A stretch of DNA of 64,000 bases from Lachnospiraceae bacterium (GTDB lineage: Bacteria; Bacillota; Clostridia; Lachnospirales; Lachnospiraceae), in the NCBI GenBank assembly GCA_014804755.1, contig JAAUZE010000008.1, positions 100,109 to 164,108 on the forward strand, given 5' to 3'. Within the stretch, counting starts at the first letter, position 1, and every line of letters starts with the position of its first letter. A program made the translations under genes and the position numbers. This document shows, one piece after another, positions 9,655 through 19,392 of this stretch. Under the pieces are notes generated by a model. It saw nothing but the letters and a program-made list of their open reading frames with translations, was not told the DNA's origin and ran no database searches.

Positions 9655-10482
9655 ATGAGGAGCGGAGAGATTGTGGAAAGAGACAAGACTGTGAACAGAA
9701 ATCAGACGATGGAGAACAGTGAGATTATTGAAAGCAATAAGGCGTACTGGAATGAACATGCCGATCTGTGGTTTGGGACAACTGCGCTCCCTGTGTATGG
9801 GGTTCGGTTTCCGACAGGGGATGAGCTGCATCTGTTTGGGGACGTTACGGGTAAGAGGATGTTGGAAATATGCTGCGGCAGCGGGCATTCTTTGAAGTAT
9901 CATGCCGAGAGGGGCGCGGGCGAGTTATGGGGTGTTGATCTGTCGCAGAAGCAGCTTGATAACGCCGCGAGGCTGTTAAAGGAGAGCGGATATTCGGCAA
10001 AGCTGATCTGCTCCAAAATGGAAGCGGAACTCGATGTGCCGAAGGATTATTTTGATTATGTTTATTCCATCTACGGGATCGGATGGACAACGGATCTGCA
10101 GGGGACGTTTGATCATATCGCCTCTTATCTGAAAAAGGATGGGATTTTCATTTTCAGCTGGCATCATACCTTGAATTATTGCGTGGGATGGTCGTGCGAC
10201 GAGAGGAAGGACGTATTTGAAGATGATAAGCTGGTGATGACAAAAAGCTATTACGACGAGTCCTGGTTTAAAATGCCGGTGCATGACAGTGAGGTCATTC
10301 TTTGCAACAGAAAAATGTCAACCTATATCAATGCGCTGGCGAAAGCGGGCTTTGCGATTGAACAGCTGGTGGAGGAAACGGATGACGGGTCCCTGCACGC
10401 CGCAGAGGACGCGGATGCAAAAACGAAAAAAGCACAAATGCTGCCGATCTCATTTTGTATGAAGGCGAGGAAAATGCATTGA
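9655..10482 (+). CDS. Class I SAM-dependent methyltransferase
   Basis: Motif I is MLEICCGSGHS. The start is uncertain (9655 or 9709). Confidence 0.7.
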   Translation: MRSGEIVERDKTVNRNQTMENSEIIESNKAYWNEHADLWFGTTALPVYGVRFPTGDELHLFGDVTGKRMLEICCGSGHSLKYHAERGAGELWGVDLSQKQLDNAARLLKESGYSAKLICSKMEAELDVPKDYFDYVYSIYGIGWTTDLQGTFDHIASYLKKDGIFIFSWHHTLNYCVGWSCDERKDVFEDDKLVMTKSYYDESWFKMPVHDSEVILCNRKMSTYINALAKAGFAIEQLVEETDDGSLHAAEDADAKTKKAQMLPISFCMKARKMH

Positions 10483-10622
10483 ATTCGTTAAGTGACTGTG
10501 GTAGGATTTAGGGCGATCATAATGATATAAAAGAGTTTCAGATAAGGCGCGGGTTTAGGCGGATTTGTTGTGCAGAAATATTTAAGATTAAGATGATTCG
10601 TTTCTAAGGGGGTGAAGCAGTT

Positions 10623-10892
10623 ATGATGTATCCTTTTTTGACTTTAGAGGACAACACAGAAATTGTACATTCGGAGCAATTGGAAAATGGGGAGGTAAAG
10701 GTATATGTTGAGACACCTGATGAAAAGGATTGTTTTCACAACATGACCTGTTATCTGCCGTCTTATCGCATGGAGGTTCATGGTTATTCAGAGGAACAAG
10801 TCAAATATTATATGGATATTATTAAATCTACGGCACACCTTATTATGGAATTTTCACGAGAAGGAGGATTTATGAATGCCTCGGGTTTTTAA
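10623..10892 (+). CDS. Hypothetical small protein, translationally coupled to the DUF4160-like gene
   Basis: Good RBS (AAGGGGGTGA). It overlaps the next ORF by 17 nt. No motif was recognised. Confidence 0.4.
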   Translation: MMYPFLTLEDNTEIVHSEQLENGEVKVYVETPDEKDCFHNMTCYLPSYRMEVHGYSEEQVKYYMDIIKSTAHLIMEFSREGGFMNASGF

Positions 10893-11154
10893 AATCGGCT
10901 CCTATTGGGTTTACTTTTGGGCGAATGAAGGAAGACCGAGTGAGCCTGTACATGTGCATGTGTCAGAAGGAAATCCGTCAGCAAACGCTACAAAGATATG
11001 GATTACTGCTTCGGGTAAATGCCTGCTGGCACATAATAATTCCGATATACCACCAAATGCATTGCGGAATATTATGAGAATCATAGAAGCACGCAGTGAG
11101 GAAGTGATTCAGAAATGGATTTTATTTTTTGGGACGGAAACATATTATTGTTAA
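10876..11154 (+). CDS. DUF4160-like small protein
   Basis: The pattern YWVYFWANEGRPSEPVHVHV resembles the DUF4160 signature (xxEHxPPHxHV-type). Confidence 0.5.
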   Translation: MPRVFKIGSYWVYFWANEGRPSEPVHVHVSEGNPSANATKIWITASGKCLLAHNNSDIPPNALRNIMRIIEARSEEVIQKWILFFGTETYYC

Positions 11155-11239
11155 TGTCGTTGCAATTAGTGAGTTTAGCCAATATTGGGCTTTTAAATTT
11201 GTGAAGAGGAGGTTTCTATGATGAAAGGAAAGCAGTTTT

Positions 11240-11998
11240 ATGAATAGAGATCACTTTAAAACCATTTGGAAACAGGAAGAGGAAATAGCGCATATTCACG
11301 GTTGGGATTTTTCGCATATTCATGGGAGATACGAAGAAGAAAATGACTTGCCGTGGGATTATGAAAAGATCGTCAGAAGTCACTTAAAAAGCCACTTGGA
11401 TATACTGGATTATGATACGGGCGGCGGCGAGCTTTTACTATCCTTACATCACCCATATGACAAAACATCCGCAACGGAAGGGTATCCGCCCAATGTGGAT
11501 TTGTGTAAGGAAACACTACTTCCGTTGGGGATAAATTTCAAGGAATGCAATGATCCGACAAACATCCCATTTGCCGATGAGGCATTTGACTTAATGATCA
11601 ATCGGCATGGTGATTTTGACGCAAGAGAAATATTTCGATTACTGCGGCAGGATGGTGTGTTTATCACAGAACAGGTGGGCGAAGATAATGATAGGGATTT
11701 AGTGGAAATGGTATTGCCCGGAACAGACAAGCCGTTTCCTGATCTGAATCTTGCAAAGCAGCGGAAGAACTTTGAAGAGGCAGGTTTTCAGATTATGCAG
11801 GCGGAAGAAGCCTACCGTCCGATCACGTTCTATGACGTAGGCGCATTCGTTTGGTTTGCACATATCATTGAATGGGAATTCCCTGATTTTTCGGTGGATC
11901 GGTGTTTTGAGCGGCTGTTGAAAATGCAGGAGATGATTGAAAAAGACGGAAAAGTGGAAGGAACTATTCATCGTTATTTGATCGTTGCAAAAAAATAA
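11240..11998 (+). CDS. Class I SAM-dependent methyltransferase
   Basis: ILDYDTGGGELL (motif I) and DLMINRHG (motif II-like). Confidence 0.6.
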   Translation: MNRDHFKTIWKQEEEIAHIHGWDFSHIHGRYEEENDLPWDYEKIVRSHLKSHLDILDYDTGGGELLLSLHHPYDKTSATEGYPPNVDLCKETLLPLGINFKECNDPTNIPFADEAFDLMINRHGDFDAREIFRLLRQDGVFITEQVGEDNDRDLVEMVLPGTDKPFPDLNLAKQRKNFEEAGFQIMQAEEAYRPITFYDVGAFVWFAHIIEWEFPDFSVDRCFERLLKMQEMIEKDGKVEGTIHRYLIVAKK

Positions 11999-12001
11999 GG
12001 A

Positions 12002-12039
12002 AATGAGCCGTTGCCCGCCGTGGGTGGCGGCTCATTTTG
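12002..12039 (+). terminator. Rho-independent terminator
   Basis: AATGAGCCG...CGGCTCATT stem followed by TTGG. Confidence 0.6.
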
Positions 12040-12181
12040 GCAGTTTGATGAAAGATTAAGAAGCAAAGGTCAAAAATATTTTTTTTTGAAAAACGAGAGA
12101 AAGTTTTGCGGTTACAAATCGCAAAACGCATTGATTTTGAGAGAGAATAAGGGTATACTTTTCTTGGAGAGGGGTGATTAC

Positions 12182-13393
12182 ATGATAGATAGGCCAATGT
12201 ATATTGATAAAGTGATGGCGTATACGGATGCGCCTTTCGTTAAAATTCTTACGGGTGTCCGTCGATGCGGTAAGTCTACCATACTTAAAATGATCATGGA
12301 GAGGCTGCGCGATGAAAGAGCCATACCGGAAAGTCAGATCGTTAGTTATCGGTTCGATTCGATGGAATATGAAGACATGACTGCAAAGCAGATGTATGCA
12401 GAATTGAAAAGCAGACTCAGCACGAACGGGAGAACTTACTTTTTTTTGGATGAAATACAGGAAGTTTCGGGTTGGGAAAAGGTTGTCAATTCTTTGGTAT
12501 CGGATTTTGATGTGGATTTGTATGTTACCGGGTCAAATTCTAAAATGATGTCTTCAGAGATATCTACGTATCTAACGGGAAGATATATTGCTTTTCGAAT
12601 TTACACACTGTCTTTTCAGGAGTATTTGACATTCAAAGGTCAGCATACTCTGCTAAAAGATACGAGAACGGAACTGGCAGATTATATTCGGCGTGGTGGT
12701 TTTCCGGCCGTTCATCTTCAAGACTATAGTTTGGATGAAATAGATACGATTGTTCGCGACATCTATAATTCCACGATTTTTTCAGATATTGTAAGGCGGA
12801 ATCAGGTTCGCAAGATTGACCAATTAGAGCGCGTTGTGAAATATACATTCCATAATGTAGGAAATACATTCTCAGCAAAATCAATTTCAGACTATTTGAA
12901 GGCGGAGCGCAGGTCTTTGGATAATGAGACGGTATACAGTTATTTGGAGAAACTGGAAAAGGCTTATCTGCTACATCGTTGCTCACGTTATGATTTGCGG
13001 GGCAAGGAAATATTGAAAACACAGGAGAAATTTTATTTGGCAGATACGTCGCTTCGCTATAGTGTTTTGGGATATCAGGCTAATATGACAGCATCTAGTC
13101 TTGAAAATATCGTCTATTTGGAATTATGCCGCCGTGGATATACGGTATATATCGGAAAGACAGACGATGGGGAAGTGGACTTTGTCGCAGTTCGCCAGAA
13201 TGAGAAAGTTTACGTTCAGGTTACGCAGAAGATTGATTCGGAAAAGACAGAGGAGCGGGAATATAAACGGCTGTTGGAAATTCGGGACAATTATCCGAAA
13301 TATGTGTTGCGGACAGATGAATTTGCCGAGGGTAATTATGATGGAATTAAGACGATGCATGTGGCGGATTTTTTGTTAAGTCAGGAATACTAA
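12182..13393 (+). CDS. AAA-family ATPase with a DUF4143-type C-terminal domain
   Basis: Walker A is GVRRCGKST and Walker B-like is YFFLDEIQ. The C-terminal region is typical of the AAA_14/DUF4143 architecture. GGAGAGGGG precedes the ATG at 12182. Confidence 0.7.
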   Translation: MIDRPMYIDKVMAYTDAPFVKILTGVRRCGKSTILKMIMERLRDERAIPESQIVSYRFDSMEYEDMTAKQMYAELKSRLSTNGRTYFFLDEIQEVSGWEKVVNSLVSDFDVDLYVTGSNSKMMSSEISTYLTGRYIAFRIYTLSFQEYLTFKGQHTLLKDTRTELADYIRRGGFPAVHLQDYSLDEIDTIVRDIYNSTIFSDIVRRNQVRKIDQLERVVKYTFHNVGNTFSAKSISDYLKAERRSLDNETVYSYLEKLEKAYLLHRCSRYDLRGKEILKTQEKFYLADTSLRYSVLGYQANMTASSLENIVYLELCRRGYTVYIGKTDDGEVDFVAVRQNEKVYVQVTQKIDSEKTEEREYKRLLEIRDNYPKYVLRTDEFAEGNYDGIKTMHVADFLLSQEY

Positions 13394-13401
13394 TGCCTTG
13401 A

Positions 13402-14316
13402 ATGTGTAAAGGGATCATGTGGTTGGAGGAACTTATGAAAATCGGAGAAGTCAGTCTGCTGACAAATGATATAGCGGAAAGGAACATCCAATTGGACAGC
13501 AAAGACCTTATCCTATCAAAAGTCCATAAGCTGATGGCGGCATATCGGGACGGCCTGCTCGGCGGCGAAAGGCTGAAAGAATGCAATTCTTTCAACCACG
13601 AATCTGTACCGCATAGCACAAATTCACAGGCTGGAAAAGGGGCATGGATCATCAAGATGCCGGAACATGAGAACCCCGGTTTGGACAGGGCCTCGAAAGA
13701 GAACTACTTGTATTTTACGTTGCCGATGGCGTTGAATTATCAAAGAAATTCGTATGTTTTGTGGGAGTGCGCCAATCGGTTATACAAGAATGTGCCGGAG
13801 ATTTTTGACTGCGGACATGTATTGCGGATGGCGGAAGCCGATTTGAAAGATTTGCTGGTTCAATATAAGGTCGCATTGCAGCCGAATAAGCAGTCGGTCA
13901 TTTGGAAAACGCTCTGCGCCACGTTCCACGACAAATACGGTGGCGATGTACGGAGCTTTTTCTCGGCGATGAATTATGAAGTATCTGCCATAAAAGAATC
14001 CATAAGCAGGAATAAAAAAGCATTTCCTTATTTGGGCGGCAGTAAAATATGTAATTACTGGCTGTATGTGATGGAGCAGTACACCGATGCAAAATTTGTT
14101 GACCGCGAACATATTACTGTGGCGCCGGATACGCATGTCATCCAGGCGAGTGAGAAGCTGGGCGTGATCAGTGCGGAAGAGGCAAAAAGAGCAGATGTTC
14201 AGCAAATCGTTGCGGATAGATGGAATGAGCTGCTGCGCGGTACGGAATATGTTCCCATTGATATTCATACGCCGATGTGGCTGTGGAGCAGGGGGAAATT
14301 TAAAACAATATTGTAA
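13402..14316 (+). CDS. Hypothetical protein; possible HhH-GPD/endonuclease III-like fold (tentative)
   Basis: This is a long ORF with an uncertain start. The segment KICNYWLYVM...ITVAPDTHVIQASEKLGVI resembles the helix-hairpin-helix region of HhH-GPD proteins, but no catalytic motif was verified. Confidence 0.3.
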   Translation: MCKGIMWLEELMKIGEVSLLTNDIAERNIQLDSKDLILSKVHKLMAAYRDGLLGGERLKECNSFNHESVPHSTNSQAGKGAWIIKMPEHENPGLDRASKENYLYFTLPMALNYQRNSYVLWECANRLYKNVPEIFDCGHVLRMAEADLKDLLVQYKVALQPNKQSVIWKTLCATFHDKYGGDVRSFFSAMNYEVSAIKESISRNKKAFPYLGGSKICNYWLYVMEQYTDAKFVDREHITVAPDTHVIQASEKLGVISAEEAKRADVQQIVADRWNELLRGTEYVPIDIHTPMWLWSRGKFKTIL

Positions 14317-14393
14317 AGCAAAAGCTAAACAATTGCTTTACAAATACAGAACCGCGTGATAGAATGGAAGGGTAAAAAGAAGGAGCGGTAATT

Positions 14394-14654
14394 ATGGCAC
14401 AGGCAATGATTAATTTTCGGATGGATGAAGAATTAAAAAAGAATATGGAAGAAATTTGCAAAGATTTAGGATTAAGCATGACAACCGCATTTACTATTTT
14501 TGCAAAAAAAATGACAAGAGAAAAAAGAATTCCGTTTGATGTATCGTTAGATCCGTTTTATTCAGAAAGTAATATGTCATATTTGAAAAAGGTAGTAGAC
14601 GATATTGAATCAGGAAAATCGGTTCTTTCTGAGCATGAATTACTCGAGGATTAA
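14394..14654 (+). CDS. Type II antitoxin (RelB/DinJ-type N-terminus)
   Basis: INFRMDEELKKNMEEICKDLGLSMTTAFTIFAKKMTREKRIPF is a DinJ-like ribbon-helix-helix. It ends 3 nt before the YoeB gene. Confidence 0.8.
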   Translation: MAQAMINFRMDEELKKNMEEICKDLGLSMTTAFTIFAKKMTREKRIPFDVSLDPFYSESNMSYLKKVVDDIESGKSVLSEHELLED

Positions 14655-14657
14655 TGC

Positions 14658-14921
14658 ATGAAGATACTTTGGGAGGAGCGCGCCTGGGAAGAATACTTAG
14701 AGTGGCAGATACAAGACAAGAAAACATTAAAAAGGATTAATGCTCTCATCAAAGAGATACAAAGGAACTGCTACGAAGGGATTGGTAAGCCGGAACCATT
14801 AAAAAATAATTTAAGTGGGTGGTGGAGCAGGCGTATTGATGAAGTAAATCGAATTGTTTATAAAGAAAAAGATGGAGCGGTTATTATAGCATCATGCAAG
14901 GGACATTATGAGGATACATAA
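14658..14921 (+). CDS. yoeB: YoeB/Txe-family toxin (mRNA interferase)
   Basis: KILWEERAWEEYLEWQIQDKKTLKRINALIKEIQR...GIGKPEPLKNNLSGWWSRRIDEVNRIVY...HYED is a near-textbook YoeB sequence. Confidence 0.85.
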   Translation: MKILWEERAWEEYLEWQIQDKKTLKRINALIKEIQRNCYEGIGKPEPLKNNLSGWWSRRIDEVNRIVYKEKDGAVIIASCKGHYEDT

Positions 14922-14953
14922 TGTCCCTTGTTGCGGTATGAAGATCATTTGGG

Positions 14954-15820
14954 TTAGAAATTGTTGTGCCGCAAATAGCATCGAAACGCTTCCGCAACAT
15001 ATTCCGCAGAACCGGTGCCGTTTTTGGTGTCAAAAACGGATCTCAAATAGTCAGTGGAATAGAGATCGATGATCAGGCGGCAATAATTGGCCTGATCGCC
15101 GACCAATTCAGATGGGGCGTTTCCCTGTGCGCGGGCGATGATTTCCTGAACGATTTGCTGCACCTCATCTGAGGAAACGTCCTTTTCTTTATTGGCGGCC
15201 AATTTCACAAAAAGATCCTGCTTCATTTCTTCGGGGATTTCGGAAACCCATTTTTCCATGATCTCTGAAAAATGAGCCAGATTTTCTTTCATCGCCGCGG
15301 TATACGCTTCCATGCTGCCGAACTGTTTGATAGCAAGCTTTGCGACGTTCGGTTCGTCGTCCTTGATTTTTTGAATAAACAGATCATAATTCTCTACACT
15401 GCCCCAGTATTTGATCACCTCATTGGTATTGCGATTCTTGAACTCCTCCAACGCATGAATATAATCGGATAAGTCAAATTCCTTGAAACTCATACAGTTT
15501 TCTCCTTTCTCTAAACGGTCAAGGAGCTGTATCAGCCGGTCTGTGCGGTTGCGCTTTAACAGAAGCAGTTCTTTTTGCTTTTTGAAAGCAGCGATCCTGT
15601 CAAAATCGGGCTTCTCCAATATATCCCGGATATCCTTTAGCTTGAAACCTAATTCCTTGAAAAATAAGATCTGCTGTAATGTCTGTAACGCTTCATCATT
15701 GTACAGGCGGTAACCGGACGGCGTTGTTTCGCTTGGCTTGAGCAGTCCGATTTCGTCATAATACTGCAATGTGCGTACACTGACGTTGGTCAATTTCGCA
15801 ACTTGGCTTGTGGTCCGCAT
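14954..15820 (-). CDS. MerR-family transcriptional regulator with a TipAS-like C-terminal domain
   Basis: The HTH is MRTTSQVAKLTNVSVRTLQYYDEIGLLKPS. The start was moved to the ATG at 15820, which has a GGAG RBS. Confidence 0.8.
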   Translation of the reverse strand: MRTTSQVAKLTNVSVRTLQYYDEIGLLKPSETTPSGYRLYNDEALQTLQQILFFKELGFKLKDIRDILEKPDFDRIAAFKKQKELLLLKRNRTDRLIQLLDRLEKGENCMSFKEFDLSDYIHALEEFKNRNTNEVIKYWGSVENYDLFIQKIKDDEPNVAKLAIKQFGSMEAYTAAMKENLAHFSEIMEKWVSEIPEEMKQDLFVKLAANKEKDVSSDEVQQIVQEIIARAQGNAPSELVGDQANYCRLIIDLYSTDYLRSVFDTKNGTGSAEYVAEAFRCYLRHNNF

Positions 15821-15977
15821 GGGAATCAACTCCTTGCCGATCAGGATTGCGGAATGGTTTCGCAATCACTTGTGGGTTTATAGCCAATCAAAACAGGCTT
15901 AACATATCGTAGGAAGCAGGAAGGAACTGCCGGCCGGTATCATTACTGCTCTCCTGAAAAAAGAATACCGTATCACG

Positions 15978-16790
15978 TTACGTTGAAGTCAAGAGTTTTT
16001 TTGCCACAAAGAGAAAATGATTTGTCTTTCCAAGGTGCTCCGGTTTTTCACAATAAAAGAGGTGCAGTTTCAAATATTGCGCATATCCGGCATCATCAAG
16101 CTGATTGATTCGATCCTCCAATAATTCACTCATGCCGTCTGAGGCGATTTCGTGAATGATAGTAAGATCATTACGGGTGAGCATTTCACGACATTGATTT
16201 AGGTTAAAAAATACAAATGGGAAATTAACTGTTTTGAACGTTTCCCTATCATACTCACCGGTCAGAAGATAGTCCGGGTTATAGCCCCATTCCGTGTAGT
16301 GGAGCATGTCATTATTAATAAAAGCGACAAACAGGGTACCGTCTTTTTTCAACACTCGTTTCGCTTCCCTAATTGCTGTGTTCCGATCCTTTTCATCGTG
16401 CAAATGATAAAGCGGACCGAATAACAGGACAATATCAAACGTTTCATCGTCAAAATCGGATAGGTCGAGAGCGTTTCCCTGTCTGAGATCAATCGTAAGA
16501 CCGTCAGTTATCTTTTCACGGAAATCCGCCACGTTTTTATCCGCAAGTTCAACCGCATTCACGTGGTATCCCTTATTTGCAAAATAAAGACTGTACTCCC
16601 CGGCGCCTGCTCCGAGATCAAGAATTTTCATGCCCTGTTTTAGATATTTTTCAATATATGTGATCGTAGTCGTAAACTCAACTCTGGCTGCATTACTGCA
16701 GTTTAATCTGGATTTTTCATCAAAAAAATGGTAAACAGCATTCACGAGTTCCGCATCGTTCTTGATTTTTTTCAGTTCATTCAGATCCAT
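15978..16790 (-). CDS. Class I SAM-dependent methyltransferase
   Basis: ILDLGAGAGEYSLYFA (motif I) and FDIVLLFGPLYHL. Confidence 0.7.
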   Translation of the reverse strand: MDLNELKKIKNDAELVNAVYHFFDEKSRLNCSNAARVEFTTTITYIEKYLKQGMKILDLGAGAGEYSLYFANKGYHVNAVELADKNVADFREKITDGLTIDLRQGNALDLSDFDDETFDIVLLFGPLYHLHDEKDRNTAIREAKRVLKKDGTLFVAFINNDMLHYTEWGYNPDYLLTGEYDRETFKTVNFPFVFFNLNQCREMLTRNDLTIIHEIASDGMSELLEDRINQLDDAGYAQYLKLHLFYCEKPEHLGKTNHFLFVAKKLLTST

Positions 16791-16831
16791 TTTCGGTACC
16801 TATCTGAGTTGTTTTGGGGGTAATAGGAATG

Positions 16832-17248
16832 TTATTCTCTCCGAATAATCTTTCTCATACCGCAGCCGCAATATTCGTGCGGTATTTTTTTGAAACCGAG
16901 AGATTCGTAAAACGGTTCTTTTCCCGGCTCCGCAATGAGTTGAATACTTGACCTGCCGCCTGCGGGCGTGTGATCGGATACATAGGTTAACAGCATATTC
17001 AGAATGGTGGTGCCGATTTTTTGCTTTTGAAAATCAGGGCGCACGATGACATCCGCGATCAGATCATATTGTCCGTCGCCGATCAATCTGCCCATGGCGA
17101 TCGTTTCATTATGTTCAACCGCGGTTGCGATATACAGGCTGTTTCGGATCGCATTCTCTGATTGCTCCTTTGAAAAGTTGAGCCATCCGACACTTTCGCG
17201 CAGTTTCGCGTAGTCTTCATAAGATAAGGTATTTTCTTTGTATTCCAT
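16832..17248 (-). CDS. GNAT-family N-acetyltransferase
   Basis: RPDFQKQKIGTTILNMLL is the acetyl-CoA-binding motif A. The internal ATG at 17248 has an RBS, and the longer listed ORF adds an implausible N-terminus. Confidence 0.7.
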   Translation of the reverse strand: MEYKENTLSYEDYAKLRESVGWLNFSKEQSENAIRNSLYIATAVEHNETIAMGRLIGDGQYDLIADVIVRPDFQKQKIGTTILNMLLTYVSDHTPAGGRSSIQLIAEPGKEPFYESLGFKKIPHEYCGCGMRKIIRRE

Positions 17249-17255
17249 GCTGTGT

Positions 17256-17516
17256 TCATCCTTTCCGATTATTCGGGGTGAAAAAGCCCCAGACACAATT
17301 GCTGAATTCTCCGGCGGCAAATGTATGCTGCTGACCATGAATCTTAGCAGTATAAATAGGAAACTTGTATTCCTGACCGTATAAGGGGTCATGAACCGTT
17401 GCGGATTCATGGGTCGGTTTCCATTTGTACTTAAATATATTGACGCCAAATAGGTTTGTATCTCCATCGACACCGGTTACTTCATGCTGCCATGCTTGTT
17501 CTTTCGGGGATTCCAT
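17256..17516 (-). CDS. Hypothetical small protein
   Basis: RBS AAGGAAAGGA. It stops 7 nt before the GNAT start, so the two are probably co-transcribed. No motif was recognised. Confidence 0.4.
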   Translation of the reverse strand: MESPKEQAWQHEVTGVDGDTNLFGVNIFKYKWKPTHESATVHDPLYGQEYKFPIYTAKIHGQQHTFAAGEFSNCVWGFFTPNNRKG

Positions 17517-17713
17517 ATCGTCGGTTCCTTTCCTTGATAAGCCCTGTCAATCTGGTCTGTTTCATAAAATCATAGCATACTCGCGTTCATATTTCTATAA
17601 CAGTATTGATAAACTGGAATTTTCATGGTATTTGATCGTGAAAGAAATCAGATGGACAACCAGTGTGCGCAATTGCATAATGATTAAAAAACAAAAGAGG
17701 AGCGTGTCTGATT

Positions 17714-18640
17714 ATGAATACGTTACATTGTTGCATGAGGGAATATTTGGAATATTGTCATTATCGGAAGCGGTTGGATTCCAAGACATTGAAGGCTTAT
17801 CGTATTGACTTAAAACAGTATGAGGATTTTTGCGCCGGGGTATCTGATTGTTTTTCCCAAAATGCGGTGGACAATTTTATCACCTGTCTGCACAAACGGT
17901 ATAAGCCCAAAACGGTCAAGCGGAAGATCGCAAGCTTAAAAGCCTTTTTTCATTACATGGAATATAAAGAAATATTGCATGAAAATCCGTTCGTAAAGCT
18001 GGACGTCCGTTTTCGGGAAGCGAAGCTCTTGCCTAAGACCATTCCGTTTCATTCGATACAGGCATTTCTCTCTGCCATCTACACACAAAAAGAACAGGCA
18101 AAATCAGAATATCAGCGGCGATGCTGCGTCAGAGATATTGCCGTGATGGAGTTATTGTTTGCGACAGGAATGCGGATATCGGAGTTGTGTTCGTTAAAAC
18201 CCGCGGATATAGACCTTGAGAGCAATAACATTTTGATATACGGAAAAGGTGCAAAAGAGCGGATGATCCAGCTTGGTAATCGGGAGGTAATCGCTGCGTT
18301 GGTACAGTATCGGGAGACATTTAGAGAGGACATAGAGGTTTGCGGGTATTTTTTTGTGAATCGGTTACAGCATAAGCTATCCGATCAGTCGGTCCGTTTT
18401 ATGATCAATCACTATGCGGAGCTTGCGGGCATCACGCAGCACATCACGCCGCATATGTTCCGGCATTCTTTTGCCACACTTTTATTGGAGCAGGACGTCG
18501 ATATCCGCTATATTCAAAGGATGCTTGGGCACAGCTCCATTAGCACGACGGAGATTTATACGCATGTGTCGAACGCAAAGCAGAAGGATATTTTGGTGCG
18601 CAAGCATCCGAGGAATTTGATGGAGGTGAATGGAGGATAA
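17714..18640 (+). CDS. Tyrosine site-specific recombinase (XerC/D-integrase family)
   Basis: N-terminal SAM-like core-binding domain (FCAGV...KPKTVKRKIASLKAFFHYM). Catalytic signatures are ATGMRISEL (Arg), HMFRHSFATLLL (HxxR) and LGHSSISTTEIYTHV (Tyr). The last 7 nt of the CDS, through the stop codon at 18638-18640, lie inside the left inverted repeat. Confidence 0.9.
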   Translation: MNTLHCCMREYLEYCHYRKRLDSKTLKAYRIDLKQYEDFCAGVSDCFSQNAVDNFITCLHKRYKPKTVKRKIASLKAFFHYMEYKEILHENPFVKLDVRFREAKLLPKTIPFHSIQAFLSAIYTQKEQAKSEYQRRCCVRDIAVMELLFATGMRISELCSLKPADIDLESNNILIYGKGAKERMIQLGNREVIAALVQYRETFREDIEVCGYFFVNRLQHKLSDQSVRFMINHYAELAGITQHITPHMFRHSFATLLLEQDVDIRYIQRMLGHSSISTTEIYTHVSNAKQKDILVRKHPRNLMEVNGG

Positions 18641-18700
18641 TAAGAAATTATCTATTGAATAATGATTTGTATATTGTGAAAAACACCAATTTATCGGAGG
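18634..18700. repeat. Left 67-bp inverted repeat (IRL) of the candidate invertible cassette
   Basis: AGGATAATAAGAAATTATCTATTGAATAATGATTTGTATATTGTGAAAAACACCAATTTATCGGAGG is the exact reverse complement of 20587-20653 (67/67, checked base by base). Confidence 0.95.
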
Positions 18701-18705
18701 TTGAT

Positions 18706-19383
18706 ATGCATGTTCCTAAAGACGCTATTTTAATGCTATCTGGAGTATCATGTGTTGGAAAAACAACTGCAGCGTATGAGATAGTGAAGAATTATCCTGA
18801 ATTTAGAAGAGTAAGTGAATATGATTTGCTGAGAACAGTTGTGCGAACCGCATATGAATGTTTGGCTGAAGAAGCTTATATAGACAAGGATGAATTAATA
18901 AGTAAATATCATGCGTTGTTTGAGTCTATTACAAATAGCAATTTTGAAATTACCAAGTTACAGTCAGAACAATTACTTCCCTACGTTAAGGAGATAATTC
19001 TCAGACAACAAAGGCGACGGATACCAACTATAATAGAAGGTACTGGTATTATACCAAGCGCATATTTTCCTAATAATCAGCCATTAGCATGGTTATCAAA
19101 ACACGTAGTATTTATTAATCTATATATCTCTGACGAGGAAGATCACATTTCCCGAAGACAATCGCGTTCGGAGGAACGTGATTATCATGAATCGGCCAGT
19201 AAAACAGAAATAATTATTTCCCAATCTAGAGCAGGAAAAAATCAGTTATTACATATGCAGGCAATTAAGTTGCAGCAAAAATTTAAAAATGTGTTTAGCT
19301 TGGATGTTTCAAATTATACTCCAAGTCATATGGCAAGCAAAATAATGGAACTTGTTTTTGATTATTTTGATACCTATAACTAA
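18706..19383 (+). CDS. P-loop NTPase/kinase-like protein; function unknown
   Basis: Walker A is LSGVSCVGKTTAAYE. The ATG at 18706 lies 5 nt after the GGAGG that ends IRL. The listed TTG start at 18655 lies inside the repeat. Confidence 0.6.
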   Translation: MHVPKDAILMLSGVSCVGKTTAAYEIVKNYPEFRRVSEYDLLRTVVRTAYECLAEEAYIDKDELISKYHALFESITNSNFEITKLQSEQLLPYVKEIILRQQRRRIPTIIEGTGIIPSAYFPNNQPLAWLSKHVVFINLYISDEEDHISRRQSRSEERDYHESASKTEIIISQSRAGKNQLLHMQAIKLQQKFKNVFSLDVSNYTPSHMASKIMELVFDYFDTYN

Positions 19384-19392
19384 CAATATGAC

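Noticed and set aside
18655-18705. A TTG-initiated N-terminal extension (MNNDLYIVKNTNLSEVD) encoded inside the inverted repeat, considered as a shared exon fused alternately to either cassette gene
   Set aside because: On the IRR side the same repeat-encoded frame runs into a stop (…SEEQSGNIY*) and is out of frame with the TIR ORF. The repeat therefore cannot donate a common N-terminus. The GGAGG-proximal ATG at 18706 and GTG at 20580 are the better starts.
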